DNA of 64,000 nucleotides from Veleropilina oligotropha (Eukaryota): NCBI GenBank assembly GCA_048128005.1, contig JBEUKZ010000069.1, positions 62,001 to 126,000 of the forward strand, read 5' to 3'. Shown piece by piece: positions 49,654 to 59,534 of this stretch (position 1 is its first letter; each line of letters starts with the position of its first letter). The notes under the pieces were generated by a model. It saw only the letters and a program-made list of their open reading frames with translations, ran no database searches and was not told where the DNA came from. The position numbers and the translations under genes were made by a program.

Positions 49654-50278
49654 ATTGGCAGTGCTTAGCCGTGGTCAACGCTGCGGTCAGCGGTGCGAGG
49701 TACATGCCATATTTATAATACAGCTCACAGCTTGCAGTGGTCAGGGCATGTGAGATGAACGGGTCGGCCTCCAGGTCGGCGATCAGTCGTAGCTGGTTTG
49801 CTGGTGGAATGGGCAGGAACATCCCAGCTGCACCCGCATACAGCTGTATAGCAGCGGCCCCGAGGGTCTTCGTCATGTCAGCACCTAGCTTCGCTTCATA
49901 CCGTGCGTGGTGTTTCTCAACCTCGTCGTCAGTCATATCGTCGATTCGGTCCACTGTGAGGTTACGCCCCATGTATCTGTGGGCCCCTCCAACGGCTAAT
50001 GCTGCAAGCCTCTCCCGTTTCTTTGCCATCCCTATGGAGCCAGTTTCAGGTTCCTCGTGCTGCGAGCAGCGTTTGGTCGTCGAGCGGGGTGAGCTGCTGC
50101 TCGCGGTCATTTCTTCCTCGTCATCCATGAGTTGATCGATGAGGCTGTCCATCCTTAAGCGTTTCCAACATCTCCTCGCCAGTCTAATATAGCGATAATG
50201 CCAATACCACAACGTTACGAGTAGCAACAAGATCAGGCCCTGGCTGAAAGCAAAAGCTATGTATACCGCGTCCGACAT
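49520..50278 (-). CDS. Hypothetical protein with an N-terminal TM helix
   Basis: 252-aa ORF with a hydrophobic N-terminus followed by basic residues; lies downstream of the ATPase. Confidence 0.7.
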   Translation of the reverse strand: MSDAVYIAFAFSQGLILLLLVTLWYWHYRYIRLARRCWKRLRMDSLIDQLMDDEEEMTASSSSPRSTTKRCSQHEEPETGSIGMAKKRERLAALAVGGAHRYMGRNLTVDRIDDMTDDEVEKHHARYEAKLGADMTKTLGAAAIQLYAGAAGMFLPIPPANQLRLIADLEADPFISHALTTASCELYYKYGMYLAPLTAALTTAKHCQFGHVCPPKIPDQDDNAGSGPSDRETADREPADREGDFFDGLISE

Positions 50279-50331
50279 GCCTAGCTAGCTAAGTAGCTGC
50301 TAAGTAGATGTTAGGGCTAGCCAAGTAGCTG

Positions 50332-50964
50332 CTACAGCACACTATAAGCAACGGGCTGATCAGTTTTCAACAGAAGCTTAGCGTGTCGTGTCTCGGTCAA
50401 CAGCCTGCGAACCGCGGTCCGTTCATCCTGCGACGGGATTACATCGTTCTCGCGCAGACAGTCCTCGAAACTGTCGCGGTCCTTGCAATGGAACAGCGCG
50501 ACCCAGCGGGTCTGCTCTCTGAGCTCCTTCAAGACCGAGTTGTACTTTTGCGTCACTACCCATACGCTCTGGGAAGCATGCCTGCCGCTGAAGGCCAACA
50601 AAGTCAGCATGTCCCGTTTCTTTGCCATAGCCTTGCTGGCGGCGCAGTCGTCGATTATGTACAGAGTCGACTCCCCCTGAAACAGCCGGTAGAACCCCCG
50701 CAGCCAGTCATGGAGTCGCTCACCCGGGGGGACTAAATACACCTCAGGGTCGGTCCAGATCCACGGACAAGACTGGTATGCTTTGTTGTACTTGATCGTG
50801 GGGCAGAGGACCACGATATGCCGGAAGACGCCTCGATACTCCCCTTCCAGCAGTTCAAGCATGAAAACCGTCTTCCCACAGCCCGTCTGGCCGCAGATGA
50901 TTGCGGAGTGGGGGTCCTTGGTGTGCGGAAATCGTTTAGTACAGTGCTTCGACGAATCGGCCAT
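50332..50964 (-). CDS. A32-like (FtsK/HerA) DNA-packaging ATPase
   Basis: Walker A IICGQTGCGKT, Walker B YIIDDC, and the GRH..QSVWVVTQ signature. Confidence 0.92.
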   Translation of the reverse strand: MADSSKHCTKRFPHTKDPHSAIICGQTGCGKTVFMLELLEGEYRGVFRHIVVLCPTIKYNKAYQSCPWIWTDPEVYLVPPGERLHDWLRGFYRLFQGESTLYIIDDCAASKAMAKKRDMLTLLAFSGRHASQSVWVVTQKYNSVLKELREQTRWVALFHCKDRDSFEDCLRENDVIPSQDERTAVRRLLTETRHAKLLLKTDQPVAYSVL

Positions 50965-52237
50965 TCTCGATATTCAGCTGTGCGTCCATGATCACGAACT
51001 CGTAGACGTTCAGTGGACCGGCCGCTTCGGCTGTTTTAGTGATCTGAATAGTAATGCCTTCGCTGGCGTTCTCGACCCTCCGGCCTGACCCGTGCAACTG
51101 ATCGTCGTCAGTTACCCGCATATCGATCCAGAGCGCAAATTTCTTAGTCAGAAACTCGCCCAGGGTGACGTCTGCCAACGCTAAGTCCTTTGCGACCATT
51201 GCGACCTCAGGATGCCGCTTGCTGCAGCCGGAGGCGAACATTTTCTTGGCTTCTTCCCAGATCTGGTATGTTCGCATGCCCTGGCTGTAGATTTGATTCG
51301 GGACACCCTCGATTGTGACCTCGACCTTTGTGATCTTCGGATTATAGAAGGCCTCAGTATCGCGAGAGAATGGCGCGGCGTCTCTCGCAGGGTCCTCGAA
51401 CAACAGTAGTATTCCTTTCATCGACCTCGCCGGTACGTTCACATTCATATTCCACAACGAGTCGCTCTTGTCTAGGGTGAGCTTCCGATGCCGGAGAACG
51501 CGGTCGTACAGGATTACGAGTTGACCCTGGTATTGATTTCGAATCCGTCTGGCAAGCTCGGATTGGGTTACCATGTCATATTCGAGGGATATATTGTCGA
51601 TGGAATAGCTGGAACCGGAGTCGTCCGTCTCCCGGATAGTCCGGGAGTAGTCGTTGAACGTTAGCTCATACTCGAGACGGTCTCCAAGGGCGCTTTGATA
51701 GAATGGCATGTGACTTTCCAACAGCTCGAAATCCAGCGGGATGCGGAATCGGTTACCGTACGCGGCCGCGACCGCGACATCCTCAGACAGTCTGAAGGCG
51801 TCTGCCGCGCCAACACGATGCTTCGTAGTGTTGTGTCCATCGCTGGTATCAATCCCCTGGTACTGGGCGTTCTTGCGCTCCCCGGTGGTCTTCCAGAGAT
51901 CGCAGTAGCAGTGGTACACGTCGGAGTCGTCAATCGACATGATCTCGTTTCCACTTATCTTTATCGTGGTCTTTCTGATCACGGCACGGCCGATATTTTG
52001 CACTACAGTCCTATTCGCATTTACCGAGGTCAGAGAGATGGTAAATGCAAGGTGGGCAGTCCCTGGAACGATCACGTCATTCGCCCCGAGATTAGGGAAC
52101 CGAACCAGGAGCTGCTGGTTCGGGGCAATCGTTGATGGATTGTTTGTAATCGTGACCGACTGGCGGATGCCCTTGACTGCGAGGGGCTCACGCAGTCTGC
52201 GGTATGGATTAAGCTTGCGTCCGTATACGCTAGTCAT
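50936..52237 (-). CDS. Putative major capsid protein (double jelly-roll)
   Basis: About 433 aa from ATG 52237, beta-strand-rich, adjacent to the packaging ATPase; size and pattern fit a Polinton-type MCP. Fold not verified. Confidence 0.78.
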   Translation of the reverse strand: MTSVYGRKLNPYRRLREPLAVKGIRQSVTITNNPSTIAPNQQLLVRFPNLGANDVIVPGTAHLAFTISLTSVNANRTVVQNIGRAVIRKTTIKISGNEIMSIDDSDVYHCYCDLWKTTGERKNAQYQGIDTSDGHNTTKHRVGAADAFRLSEDVAVAAAYGNRFRIPLDFELLESHMPFYQSALGDRLEYELTFNDYSRTIRETDDSGSSYSIDNISLEYDMVTQSELARRIRNQYQGQLVILYDRVLRHRKLTLDKSDSLWNMNVNVPARSMKGILLLFEDPARDAAPFSRDTEAFYNPKITKVEVTIEGVPNQIYSQGMRTYQIWEEAKKMFASGCSKRHPEVAMVAKDLALADVTLGEFLTKKFALWIDMRVTDDDQLHGSGRRVENASEGITIQITKTAEAAGPLNVYEFVIMDAQLNIENGRFVEALY

Positions 52238-52273
52238 GGCTGAATTAGATGCGTATCCCACTGATGTATTCAA

Positions 52274-53587
52274 ATGGCGGAATTCGAGAACCCCGCATTC
52301 GAGCCGGACGATCTCATCGACAACGATGATACCATCATCGACGATACTGATGTGGATCTATCCACCGACCGGTTTATGCCTGTTCTTTCGGAACGGCCAC
52401 AGGAAGGAACCAGCAGTCTTCAGCAAGAGCTCGTTCAGGGCGTGGTTGACGACTACTACAAAGCCCTGGCACAGGAGGGGCAGACCCCAGCCACGGGGCG
52501 AGATTATTCAAAATTCAAGTATGTGAGGGGAAAATTAGGGCGGGGGGGAAAATTGGTGATGACGGACTACCCCGACATCAATCTCATAAATTCTCGCACC
52601 GGCAACCCCTTGGCGTTGTCAACAATAGCTGGCCGGCCTGGTGGGGGTGATGCAATCCGTGAAGGGTTGGGTTTTGTACACTGGACGCGGGGGGGACAAA
52701 AGCCGTCCTCAAAAGCGGTTGCAGCTCTTCAGACAGCCGACAACGAGTTGAGCGGTGCGGCCGCTAATGTCGAAAACGTAGAACTGCGGGACTTGGGGCA
52801 GACTGCTACTGATGCCTCGGTAGCAATCCACACGATGGAGACGAAATTCACTGATACCGAGGTTGAAGAGATCTTAGGCACAATGGGGGACCCTCCATTA
52901 AATCTTCGCGAGCTTCGCGGACTTGACAAGGCGATGCAGACCATCCGAGGCGAACTAACCAACAATCTAGCCAAACTAACGGCGCTGGACGAACACATAG
53001 AGCTGGAGAAGATGAAGCTCGATCAGGCAGATGAAGAGGGCGGTGTGGATGAGTTCATCCGTCGACGGATCGCGGAACGTCTGCGCGACCTGAATGATGA
53101 AAGAGCAGCTCGCCTAGAGGCAGCATCATCAAGCCGGGAGGCCCTTCGCTCTCAAATCAGCCGGATCCGAGAGATGATAAGTCGGATCCTGAACACCGAC
53201 ACAACGCTGGCCGAGCGTATCCGGACCCTGTTCCGCGAGCAAGGGGTTACGATCGCAACAATACTGACCGCTATCGGGCTCGCCATCTCGACTTTGGTAC
53301 TAGCCCTGACAGGTGGAGCAACAAGCCCGCCAACGCCACCACCACCTCCCAGTGGTCAGGGCGGGGTCAAGGAGTGGGTCAAAAAGCAGCTGCAGAACCT
53401 GGGAAGGATTCTAGGCAAACTAGCAGGGAAGGCCGCAGCCGCACTCCCAGGAATACTTGGAAGCCTGGTCTCCTGGCTAATCAACCTGATTGGCAAGACT
53501 GCGTCGTGGCTCGCCGAAAACCTGTGGGCACTGGTCATATCAGTTGGGGGCTTGCTTCTTATTGCCGCTAGACAGTGGGTCACGTAA
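52274..53587 (+). CDS. Coiled-coil protein with C-terminal hydrophobic and amphipathic helices
   Basis: 437-aa intact ORF: acidic N-terminus, heptad-like middle, TM-like segment, poly-Pro hinge, amphipathic tail. Confidence 0.8.
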   Translation: MAEFENPAFEPDDLIDNDDTIIDDTDVDLSTDRFMPVLSERPQEGTSSLQQELVQGVVDDYYKALAQEGQTPATGRDYSKFKYVRGKLGRGGKLVMTDYPDINLINSRTGNPLALSTIAGRPGGGDAIREGLGFVHWTRGGQKPSSKAVAALQTADNELSGAAANVENVELRDLGQTATDASVAIHTMETKFTDTEVEEILGTMGDPPLNLRELRGLDKAMQTIRGELTNNLAKLTALDEHIELEKMKLDQADEEGGVDEFIRRRIAERLRDLNDERAARLEAASSSREALRSQISRIREMISRILNTDTTLAERIRTLFREQGVTIATILTAIGLAISTLVLALTGGATSPPTPPPPPSGQGGVKEWVKKQLQNLGRILGKLAGKAAAALPGILGSLVSWLINLIGKTASWLAENLWALVISVGGLLLIAARQWVT

Positions 53588-54860
53588 GCCAAATAAACGC
53601 TAGACCAACGACAATGCCGCCCACGATAAGTGCGGTTTTCTCCTCGTCATGTGCCGCTGGAACAGCCGCCACTGAGGCCACAGCTGGCAGAGAGCTTGGA
53701 TGCTTCGGAGTAACTACCGGTATGCTTGCATCTGCGTCTTGTGGAATAACCAGTCCTGTTTCTCCAGTATCCCCAGTGGCGTTGTGCGGCACACTGGCCG
53801 CGTTCACCGTAGTATTAAGACCGAGTGTCTGGTCTTCCGTGGCGACGACGATCTCATTGTTATAACCAGCCACCTGCCCGATCCGTAGAAGCATGTTACT
53901 TGGCGCCATGTACAGGCCAACGCCGAATACGAAGTCCACTTTGGACCTCGCATACTGGAGCACCTCTTGGTACCGTTTGATGGCTGCTGGGAGGTCAACG
54001 GGGGATGCGATGGCGTCTTCCACGTTCGCCAGGAACTGTTTCTGTGCGTCAAACGCCGTCCCACTACCCAGAATACTTGCACGCGTTTGAGCCTGCGCTC
54101 CAAGAATAGCCCAGACGTAGGTCCTGATGGAATCATTGAGCCTTTCCACGCCGGCCCTCGTGAATCCCACCGACCTGTCCAGAATAAAAGTAGCCCAACC
54201 GTTTTTAAGTGCAGGCGCTTGCGCGATGTAGTCCACGTGCAGATTCGTGTTGGTCGTACCTTTGGTGAAGGACATTCGGCTTGGATCATAGTCACGTCCG
54301 ATGGGGTGGTAGCCGTTGTTCGTCCAGTAGCTGTAAGCGGTGCCTAGTCCGCCGTTGGGACCCTTGACACGCCAGTCGGTATGGGGAGACACCCCAAATT
54401 CGCTGCAGATCTTCTCATATGCCCTGCGGTCATACGGGTTGTCGAATGCATCCCACGTCCGGTCCTGTGGCAGCGGCGCCTGAATTTCGGATAAGATTCG
54501 TCTGACCTGATAGTAGACGTGGAAGGTGAATACAGCAGTGGAGAGGGGGTCGGTCGCATTTAAGTGGTCTTCTGAGGAGATTCCGGAACCTGTTGTGGCA
54601 CACCAAACTGCGAAATTGACCTTGTTCTGCCAGAACCTCATCGGCGTGCTGTTCCAATCCCTTATCAGCCCGTCACTAGCGACATGAGGGAGGCGATACT
54701 TTTGAAATACGTCAGGGTATGTTGCCCCGAATGTAGTGGTTGAGCTATTACCCACATTGATGCTTGGTCTCGTAAGCTGCTCATCTTTGATCTTTGCTGG
54801 GTACACCACACCGGTCGGATAGGCCGCACTCCTATTAAACGCAAAGGCGCTCTTAGCCAT
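53580..54860 (-). CDS. Uncharacterised 426-aa protein with a C-terminal membrane anchor
   Basis: Long intact ORF with an aromatic-rich globular region, a low-complexity stalk and terminal ALIVGGIVVGLAFIWLT. Confidence 0.8.
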   Translation of the reverse strand: MAKSAFAFNRSAAYPTGVVYPAKIKDEQLTRPSINVGNSSTTTFGATYPDVFQKYRLPHVASDGLIRDWNSTPMRFWQNKVNFAVWCATTGSGISSEDHLNATDPLSTAVFTFHVYYQVRRILSEIQAPLPQDRTWDAFDNPYDRRAYEKICSEFGVSPHTDWRVKGPNGGLGTAYSYWTNNGYHPIGRDYDPSRMSFTKGTTNTNLHVDYIAQAPALKNGWATFILDRSVGFTRAGVERLNDSIRTYVWAILGAQAQTRASILGSGTAFDAQKQFLANVEDAIASPVDLPAAIKRYQEVLQYARSKVDFVFGVGLYMAPSNMLLRIGQVAGYNNEIVVATEDQTLGLNTTVNAASVPHNATGDTGETGLVIPQDADASIPVVTPKHPSSLPAVASVAAVPAAHDEEKTALIVGGIVVGLAFIWLT

Positions 54861-54867
54861 AGCTACT

Positions 54868-55608
54868 ATGTTTCACACATTAACAAACGTTCAAGAGGGG
54901 ACCGCGGTTGCCCTCCTGGAGCCGATTGATAACCGGGACGGCAAGCTATGTGTCAGCTTGCAGTCGCTCGACTATTGGGTAGGCTGGCACAATGTGCATG
55001 CCGGAGCCTTCTTTAAGACCCCGGATACCACGGTCGACGTGGCACCAGGTTTCTACAGCTTCGATGACCTCGCCAAGACGATGAAGAGGTCGCTAGTTAA
55101 CATACAGCTAGATGTAAGCCATGCTACAGGGCTCGCCCGAATCGTGGTCCCAGAGGGGACTCGACTCGCGATAAGTGACGATATACGAAAACTCCTCGGC
55201 TTAAACCTGTCTTCGTTTATTCTCGATAAAGCAGGGAATCTGAACCCACCGGTTCGGGGAGTACAGGGCCAACCACCTCCCCCTCCGGAGAGATCCGAGT
55301 GGCTACGCCCTGGGACTTATGACGGGAATAAGCCTGTCGGGTTTGCCATAGCGCCAACCCTGCACGTTCACCTGGAGCAGCTTAGTACAACGCACAATGT
55401 GCAGGACGGCGCCCCGAGCACTATTCTCGCGGTGGTCCCTATCACGTCGCAGATGTTCGGTGAAGCTGGCCACTATCATAGCTATCCCGCCGGCCGGCGA
55501 CTACAGGCCGGGCTAATCACAGAGTTGAAGGTTTACATCACAGACTCAGATGGTAAACCGCTCGACAATCACGGTATGCCTATTTCCGCAGTCCTTGCGA
55601 TACAATGA
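54868..55608 (+). CDS. Putative minor capsid protein (penton, single jelly-roll)
   Basis: 246 aa; the C-terminal pattern LHVHLEQL...DGAPSTILAVVP...ITELKVYITDSDGKPLDNHG.PISAVL is typical of Polinton pentons. Confidence 0.8.
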   Translation: MFHTLTNVQEGTAVALLEPIDNRDGKLCVSLQSLDYWVGWHNVHAGAFFKTPDTTVDVAPGFYSFDDLAKTMKRSLVNIQLDVSHATGLARIVVPEGTRLAISDDIRKLLGLNLSSFILDKAGNLNPPVRGVQGQPPPPPERSEWLRPGTYDGNKPVGFAIAPTLHVHLEQLSTTHNVQDGAPSTILAVVPITSQMFGEAGHYHSYPAGRRLQAGLITELKVYITDSDGKPLDNHGMPISAVLAIQ

Positions 55609-55952
55609 GCAGCATCTACGGGACCCTGCTTGCAGACGAGCCCTCTTCCCCGACCCGGTGGCACTTTGTCCTTAATTGTGGGGTAGCGCCCAATAAGGGG
55701 CTGGCGAGGAGGGAGTTCATGTTTCCAAACACTAGAGGTCGGTTCGGGTTGAACCCAGCCCTTCTAATGATCCACCTGACGCCGGTCCAGCCGGCCGGGG
55801 GCCCCAAGGCATGTTCCATAAGTAAACTCAGCCTGGATTCGGATAAGTTAACCCTCGCCTTTGTCATCAAGGCCCCGTGGGTCGGCACTCTGTATTTGAA
55901 CGTTACAGTAGACATTTTAAACAAACAGGCGGAACAATACAGCCACGTATGA
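55605..55952 (+). CDS. Hypothetical protein (115 aa)
   Basis: ATGA overlaps with both neighbouring ORFs. Confidence 0.65.
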   Translation: MSSIYGTLLADEPSSPTRWHFVLNCGVAPNKGLARREFMFPNTRGRFGLNPALLMIHLTPVQPAGGPKACSISKLSLDSDKLTLAFVIKAPWVGTLYLNVTVDILNKQAEQYSHV

Positions 55953-56584
55953 TGGACAACAAACCCTCAGCGCCAACGCTGTACCCACAACTTGGTGGTG
56001 ATGTGCCTTCGGAACTGCATGAGGCACAGTCTTTCCGACTACAGAAAGTGAATGAGCTCCAGGGGCAGCTAGAACGAGAGAGGGATGCCCGGGCTGCACT
56101 ATATAAAAAGTACCGACGAGGTGTTAACGTCGTTGACGGTATAGATAACGGACTGGTCGTCGCCACACTTGGTATGGGTAGCGCTGGAATTGGTCTACTG
56201 TCCACAATTGTAGCCGCCCCGGTCGTCCTAGTGCTGGAACTAGCGGCATTAGGGTGTGGGCTCGCTAGTATGGGTGGAAAGTATATCAGCCGGCGCCTCG
56301 GGGTGAAGGCTAAGAAACACGACGAGATTCGAGTCCTGGCCGACAGCAAGCTGAATACCATAACCGACCACGTCTCAAAGGCATTATCGGACGGGGTGAT
56401 GTCTGATGATGAATTCCAACTGGTCACAGGGGAGATGTTGAAATACCAAGCCATGAAGGCATCAATTCGGGATAAGAGTAGGAAGGCGCACACCGCGATT
56501 TCACAGACCCAGAGCGAGCTTATTGAGCGTGGTCGTTTAGAGGGTCGTGCAGAGCTGCTGAAAAAAATCGGAGCTGGCGACTAA
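55949..56584 (+). CDS. Coiled-coil / hydrophobic-hairpin protein
   Basis: ATG at 55949; PSAP..YPQL N-terminus; coiled coils flank a Gly/Ala-rich hydrophobic hairpin. Confidence 0.78.
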   Translation: MMDNKPSAPTLYPQLGGDVPSELHEAQSFRLQKVNELQGQLERERDARAALYKKYRRGVNVVDGIDNGLVVATLGMGSAGIGLLSTIVAAPVVLVLELAALGCGLASMGGKYISRRLGVKAKKHDEIRVLADSKLNTITDHVSKALSDGVMSDDEFQLVTGEMLKYQAMKASIRDKSRKAHTAISQTQSELIERGRLEGRAELLKKIGAGD

Positions 56585-56666
56585 CTATCCAGGTTGAGCG
56601 TAGCCACGACTACCCCGCTCCTCCCCCGTATTAAAGCTAGAAATCGACAGTGATATCTGGACAACC

Positions 56667-57098
56667 ATGAAATCCATGAAATCTATGCTACTGTGTATTG
56701 CCGCGGTGTGCTGGCTAGGGGGTGTGTCTACCCAGGCGTCGACACACAACACTGCATTAATTCTGGAACATACGTGGACTAGGTACCGAAATCATCCCAG
56801 GTATAACGCCCGATTTGACCCCTTACGTAGAAACTTGCTTCTTCGCCCGGGTAGAGACCCCACCCCTGATGTCTCTCCACCGTCATGCCACTATTTTATT
56901 ATCGGAGAAAATGACTGTAGCCCTGCCACACCAAGAGATACTGTCACATGTGTCCAGTGTTCGACCCCCTCGTTATGTCCTGGAAAAAATGGGGAGTATT
57001 ATACCATGCTGTCTGGCTGCTTCGGTGTGTGGAGAAAAGTCGGACAAATCTCACCCTGTAATTGTACTTTAATATCGGGTAACTATATATTCATATAA
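56667..57098 (+). CDS. Putative secreted cysteine-rich protein
   Basis: Signal-peptide-like MKSMLLCIAAVCWLGGVSTQA; 8 Cys in the C-terminal half, ending in CNC. Confidence 0.65.
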   Translation: MKSMKSMLLCIAAVCWLGGVSTQASTHNTALILEHTWTRYRNHPRYNARFDPLRRNLLLRPGRDPTPDVSPPSCHYFIIGENDCSPATPRDTVTCVQCSTPSLCPGKNGEYYTMLSGCFGVWRKVGQISPCNCTLISGNYIFI

Positions 57099-58103
57099 AC
57101 CAGCTGCTCCTGCATTAAAACATATTTTTCCGGCTTTCCCCTGCGTATATTGTACCATTCAAAGTTGGTTGAAGTTCACGCAGGGGCTGCTTCACCTCTT
57201 TGTCTGATTGCGCTTGTAAAAAAAAAGATAAAATTGAAAAACTCGAAAAAAATATTCTGTTTATTATTATTATTGCTTAAGTATGTATCATTGATGTCTC
57301 TCCTGTATATTCTTGTGTACATTGTACTGTAATATTAGTTATAGTTTGTACTGCGCTTAGAGCTTCACTAGGAGAGACATCAATGTATTAAATAATAATA
57401 TTAATATCCCATGCAGCTATCTACTTGGTTCATTTGTGCCTGATTTATGAATGGCAACAGTCGTTAAAAGCATGACACGCCATTTCTATAGTACTATAGA
57501 AATGCTGTCTGGCCGCTTCTGCGCGTATGAATGAAATACCTCGCTGTCCCGAGTCGACCCAGATATAGAAAGTTACTGGATCAAGTCAAGAAAGATTGGC
57601 CCAGATTTCTTGTTCTGGTCCCCAACATTCTGTTTGGCACAGAAATAATATATCAGTCCCCATGTTTACATGGTAGACAGTAATCTAGTGGAGTCATGGT
57701 CACGTGGCAATACAGCCTTCTAGAATGATCACAGATCGTCAACAAGTATGTGTACGTGGAAAGCTCTAGAACGAACAGAGCTCGTCAACAAGTTATATAT
57801 GGAAATGTGGCAATAAACTGATCTAGAAGGCTGTAGAAGGCTGGAGGGGGGATTAGTGATATGAGTTTCGGCCGAAATGTCCACAGGTAAGTGTTTTAAT
57901 TTAATTTACTATTATAAGCTACCCTAGTTTGTACACACGGTGACTTTTTGTAATACAATCCCTACCCCTGGGGTCTGAAATATAGCTGGGAGCCTCCACA
58001 GTGGGCCCCGGGGCCTAGTCTAAACTCCCCTGCTGACTAGTCCGAGCACCCTGAGTTCTAAACAGGTGCTGGGCGCTGTATTTTCCCATTCTAAAAAGTC
58101 CAA

Positions 58104-58363
58104 TCACCCCCCCTGCTGCTGAGTTGAGATCCATATTAATTCTGAAAAGTGCTGGGAGCCTTAATTTCCCTCGCCGCGCCCCCAGATAAAAGGTATGGTC
58201 ACCCCCCCCGGAACAGGTGCTGGGAGCCTTATTTTCCCATTATAAAAGGTATGATCACCCCTGCTGCTGAGTTGAGATCCATATTAATTCTGAAAAGTGC
58301 TGAGAGCCTTAATTTCCCTCGCCGCACCCCCAGATAAAAGGTATGGTCACCCCCCCTGCTGCT
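58104..58363. repeat. Right terminal inverted repeat
   Basis: Reverse complement of 42151-42410. Confidence 0.95.
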
Positions 58364-59534
58364 AGGGTCAGACGAAGTGTGCAAGACATACCCAACGCGG
58401 CCTATACATGGCGTTCACAACCACCAACAGACGGACTGAAAGCAGGCCCCGGTAATGCGGGTCGACTGCTCATGATGACTGTACACAGTTTGTAAAAAGT
58501 ATAATGCATGCGTATTCGGAAATATTAAATCCTTATTGTCTCGTAATTCTATCATAAAGATTTGTGTTGGCAATGACAAGCTCGTTTTCATTATCACGGC
58601 AGTCATCGCTGACTCAGTGAATGTTATTACCAGACACATGTACGCAATATGTATGCATCGTCGGCGTTTTCCCTCTTAAAAGGCATTCTACAATCCGTGT
58701 CGTTGTTCAACATAAGTTTATTAATTAGTCGTAACTCTCTAACAACCTGCGACTGTTAACAAATTATCGTTCGACAAGCCAGTTGTTTAAATGCCAGATC
58801 TCCACGCGACTTCCGGTACTATATATAGCACGTCACATTTCTAATTTCTGACGGCCTAAATTTAGTTACCGGGATAGCCAATTTGTTATATCGCGATAAC
58901 ATAAATGAAATATTTTATTAAAGGCTGAAATTTGTTCTAATATTAGCCTATAATAAGCATATTTCAGCATAGTAACAATGTCATGATTGTAAACAAATAT
59001 GAAAGTTGTGTTGGTGAAAAGAGATATTTGACAAGAAGCTTCACCGCAACCTGGCCCGGTCTGTCATTGGATGATCTGATCCATTGATTAAATCATCCAA
59101 TTTACTTACAAGAAAGTCGCAATACACGTGCTAATTACCGTTTAATATACACTTTGACGCTATATATAATGACCCGAATATATGATATATTCATAATTAT
59201 GACAAAGTCACAATTTTCTTCAGCAGCATCGACGGGTGAGTGGCTAACACGTCAAACTCTCAAACGAAGCTGTTAATTGGTTCGGTGTTCGAGGTGACTC
59301 ATTCTACCGCTTAAAGTAATCAAAAATTGCAAACCACAAGCTTCCACGTGGTGTACATTGTACATTGCTAATCACTGAATCTACGTTTAATAATATATAG
59401 ACAACATGAGCATTACCTCAATTGAACACAGCACCAATTCATTTCATCATTCAAAGTTGGTTGATCCTATTTATAAGGGAAATACCGTTGGCGTGGTAAT
59501 TCATCAAGTTTGATATTTAACCTTTTCCAAGTAT

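Larger units (their letters stand above)
42151..58363. mobile_element. Maverick/Polinton-like endogenous DNA virus, 16,213 bp, apparently intact
   Basis: 260-bp TIRs with AG...CT termini; AGGGT duplicated at 42146-42150 and 58364-58368; integrase, ATPase, capsid and PolB-helicase ORFs densely packed with no visible disruption. Confidence 0.95.

Noticed and set aside
42151..58363. Bacterial or phage contamination suggested by high GC and ATGA overlaps
   Set aside because: Clean TSD-flanked junctions with host-like DNA, and a Polinton-type integrase/ATPase/capsid gene set.
42145..58369. Canonical 6-bp Maverick TSD
   Set aside because: The flanking hexamers GAGGGT and AGGGTC differ; only 5 bp are duplicated.
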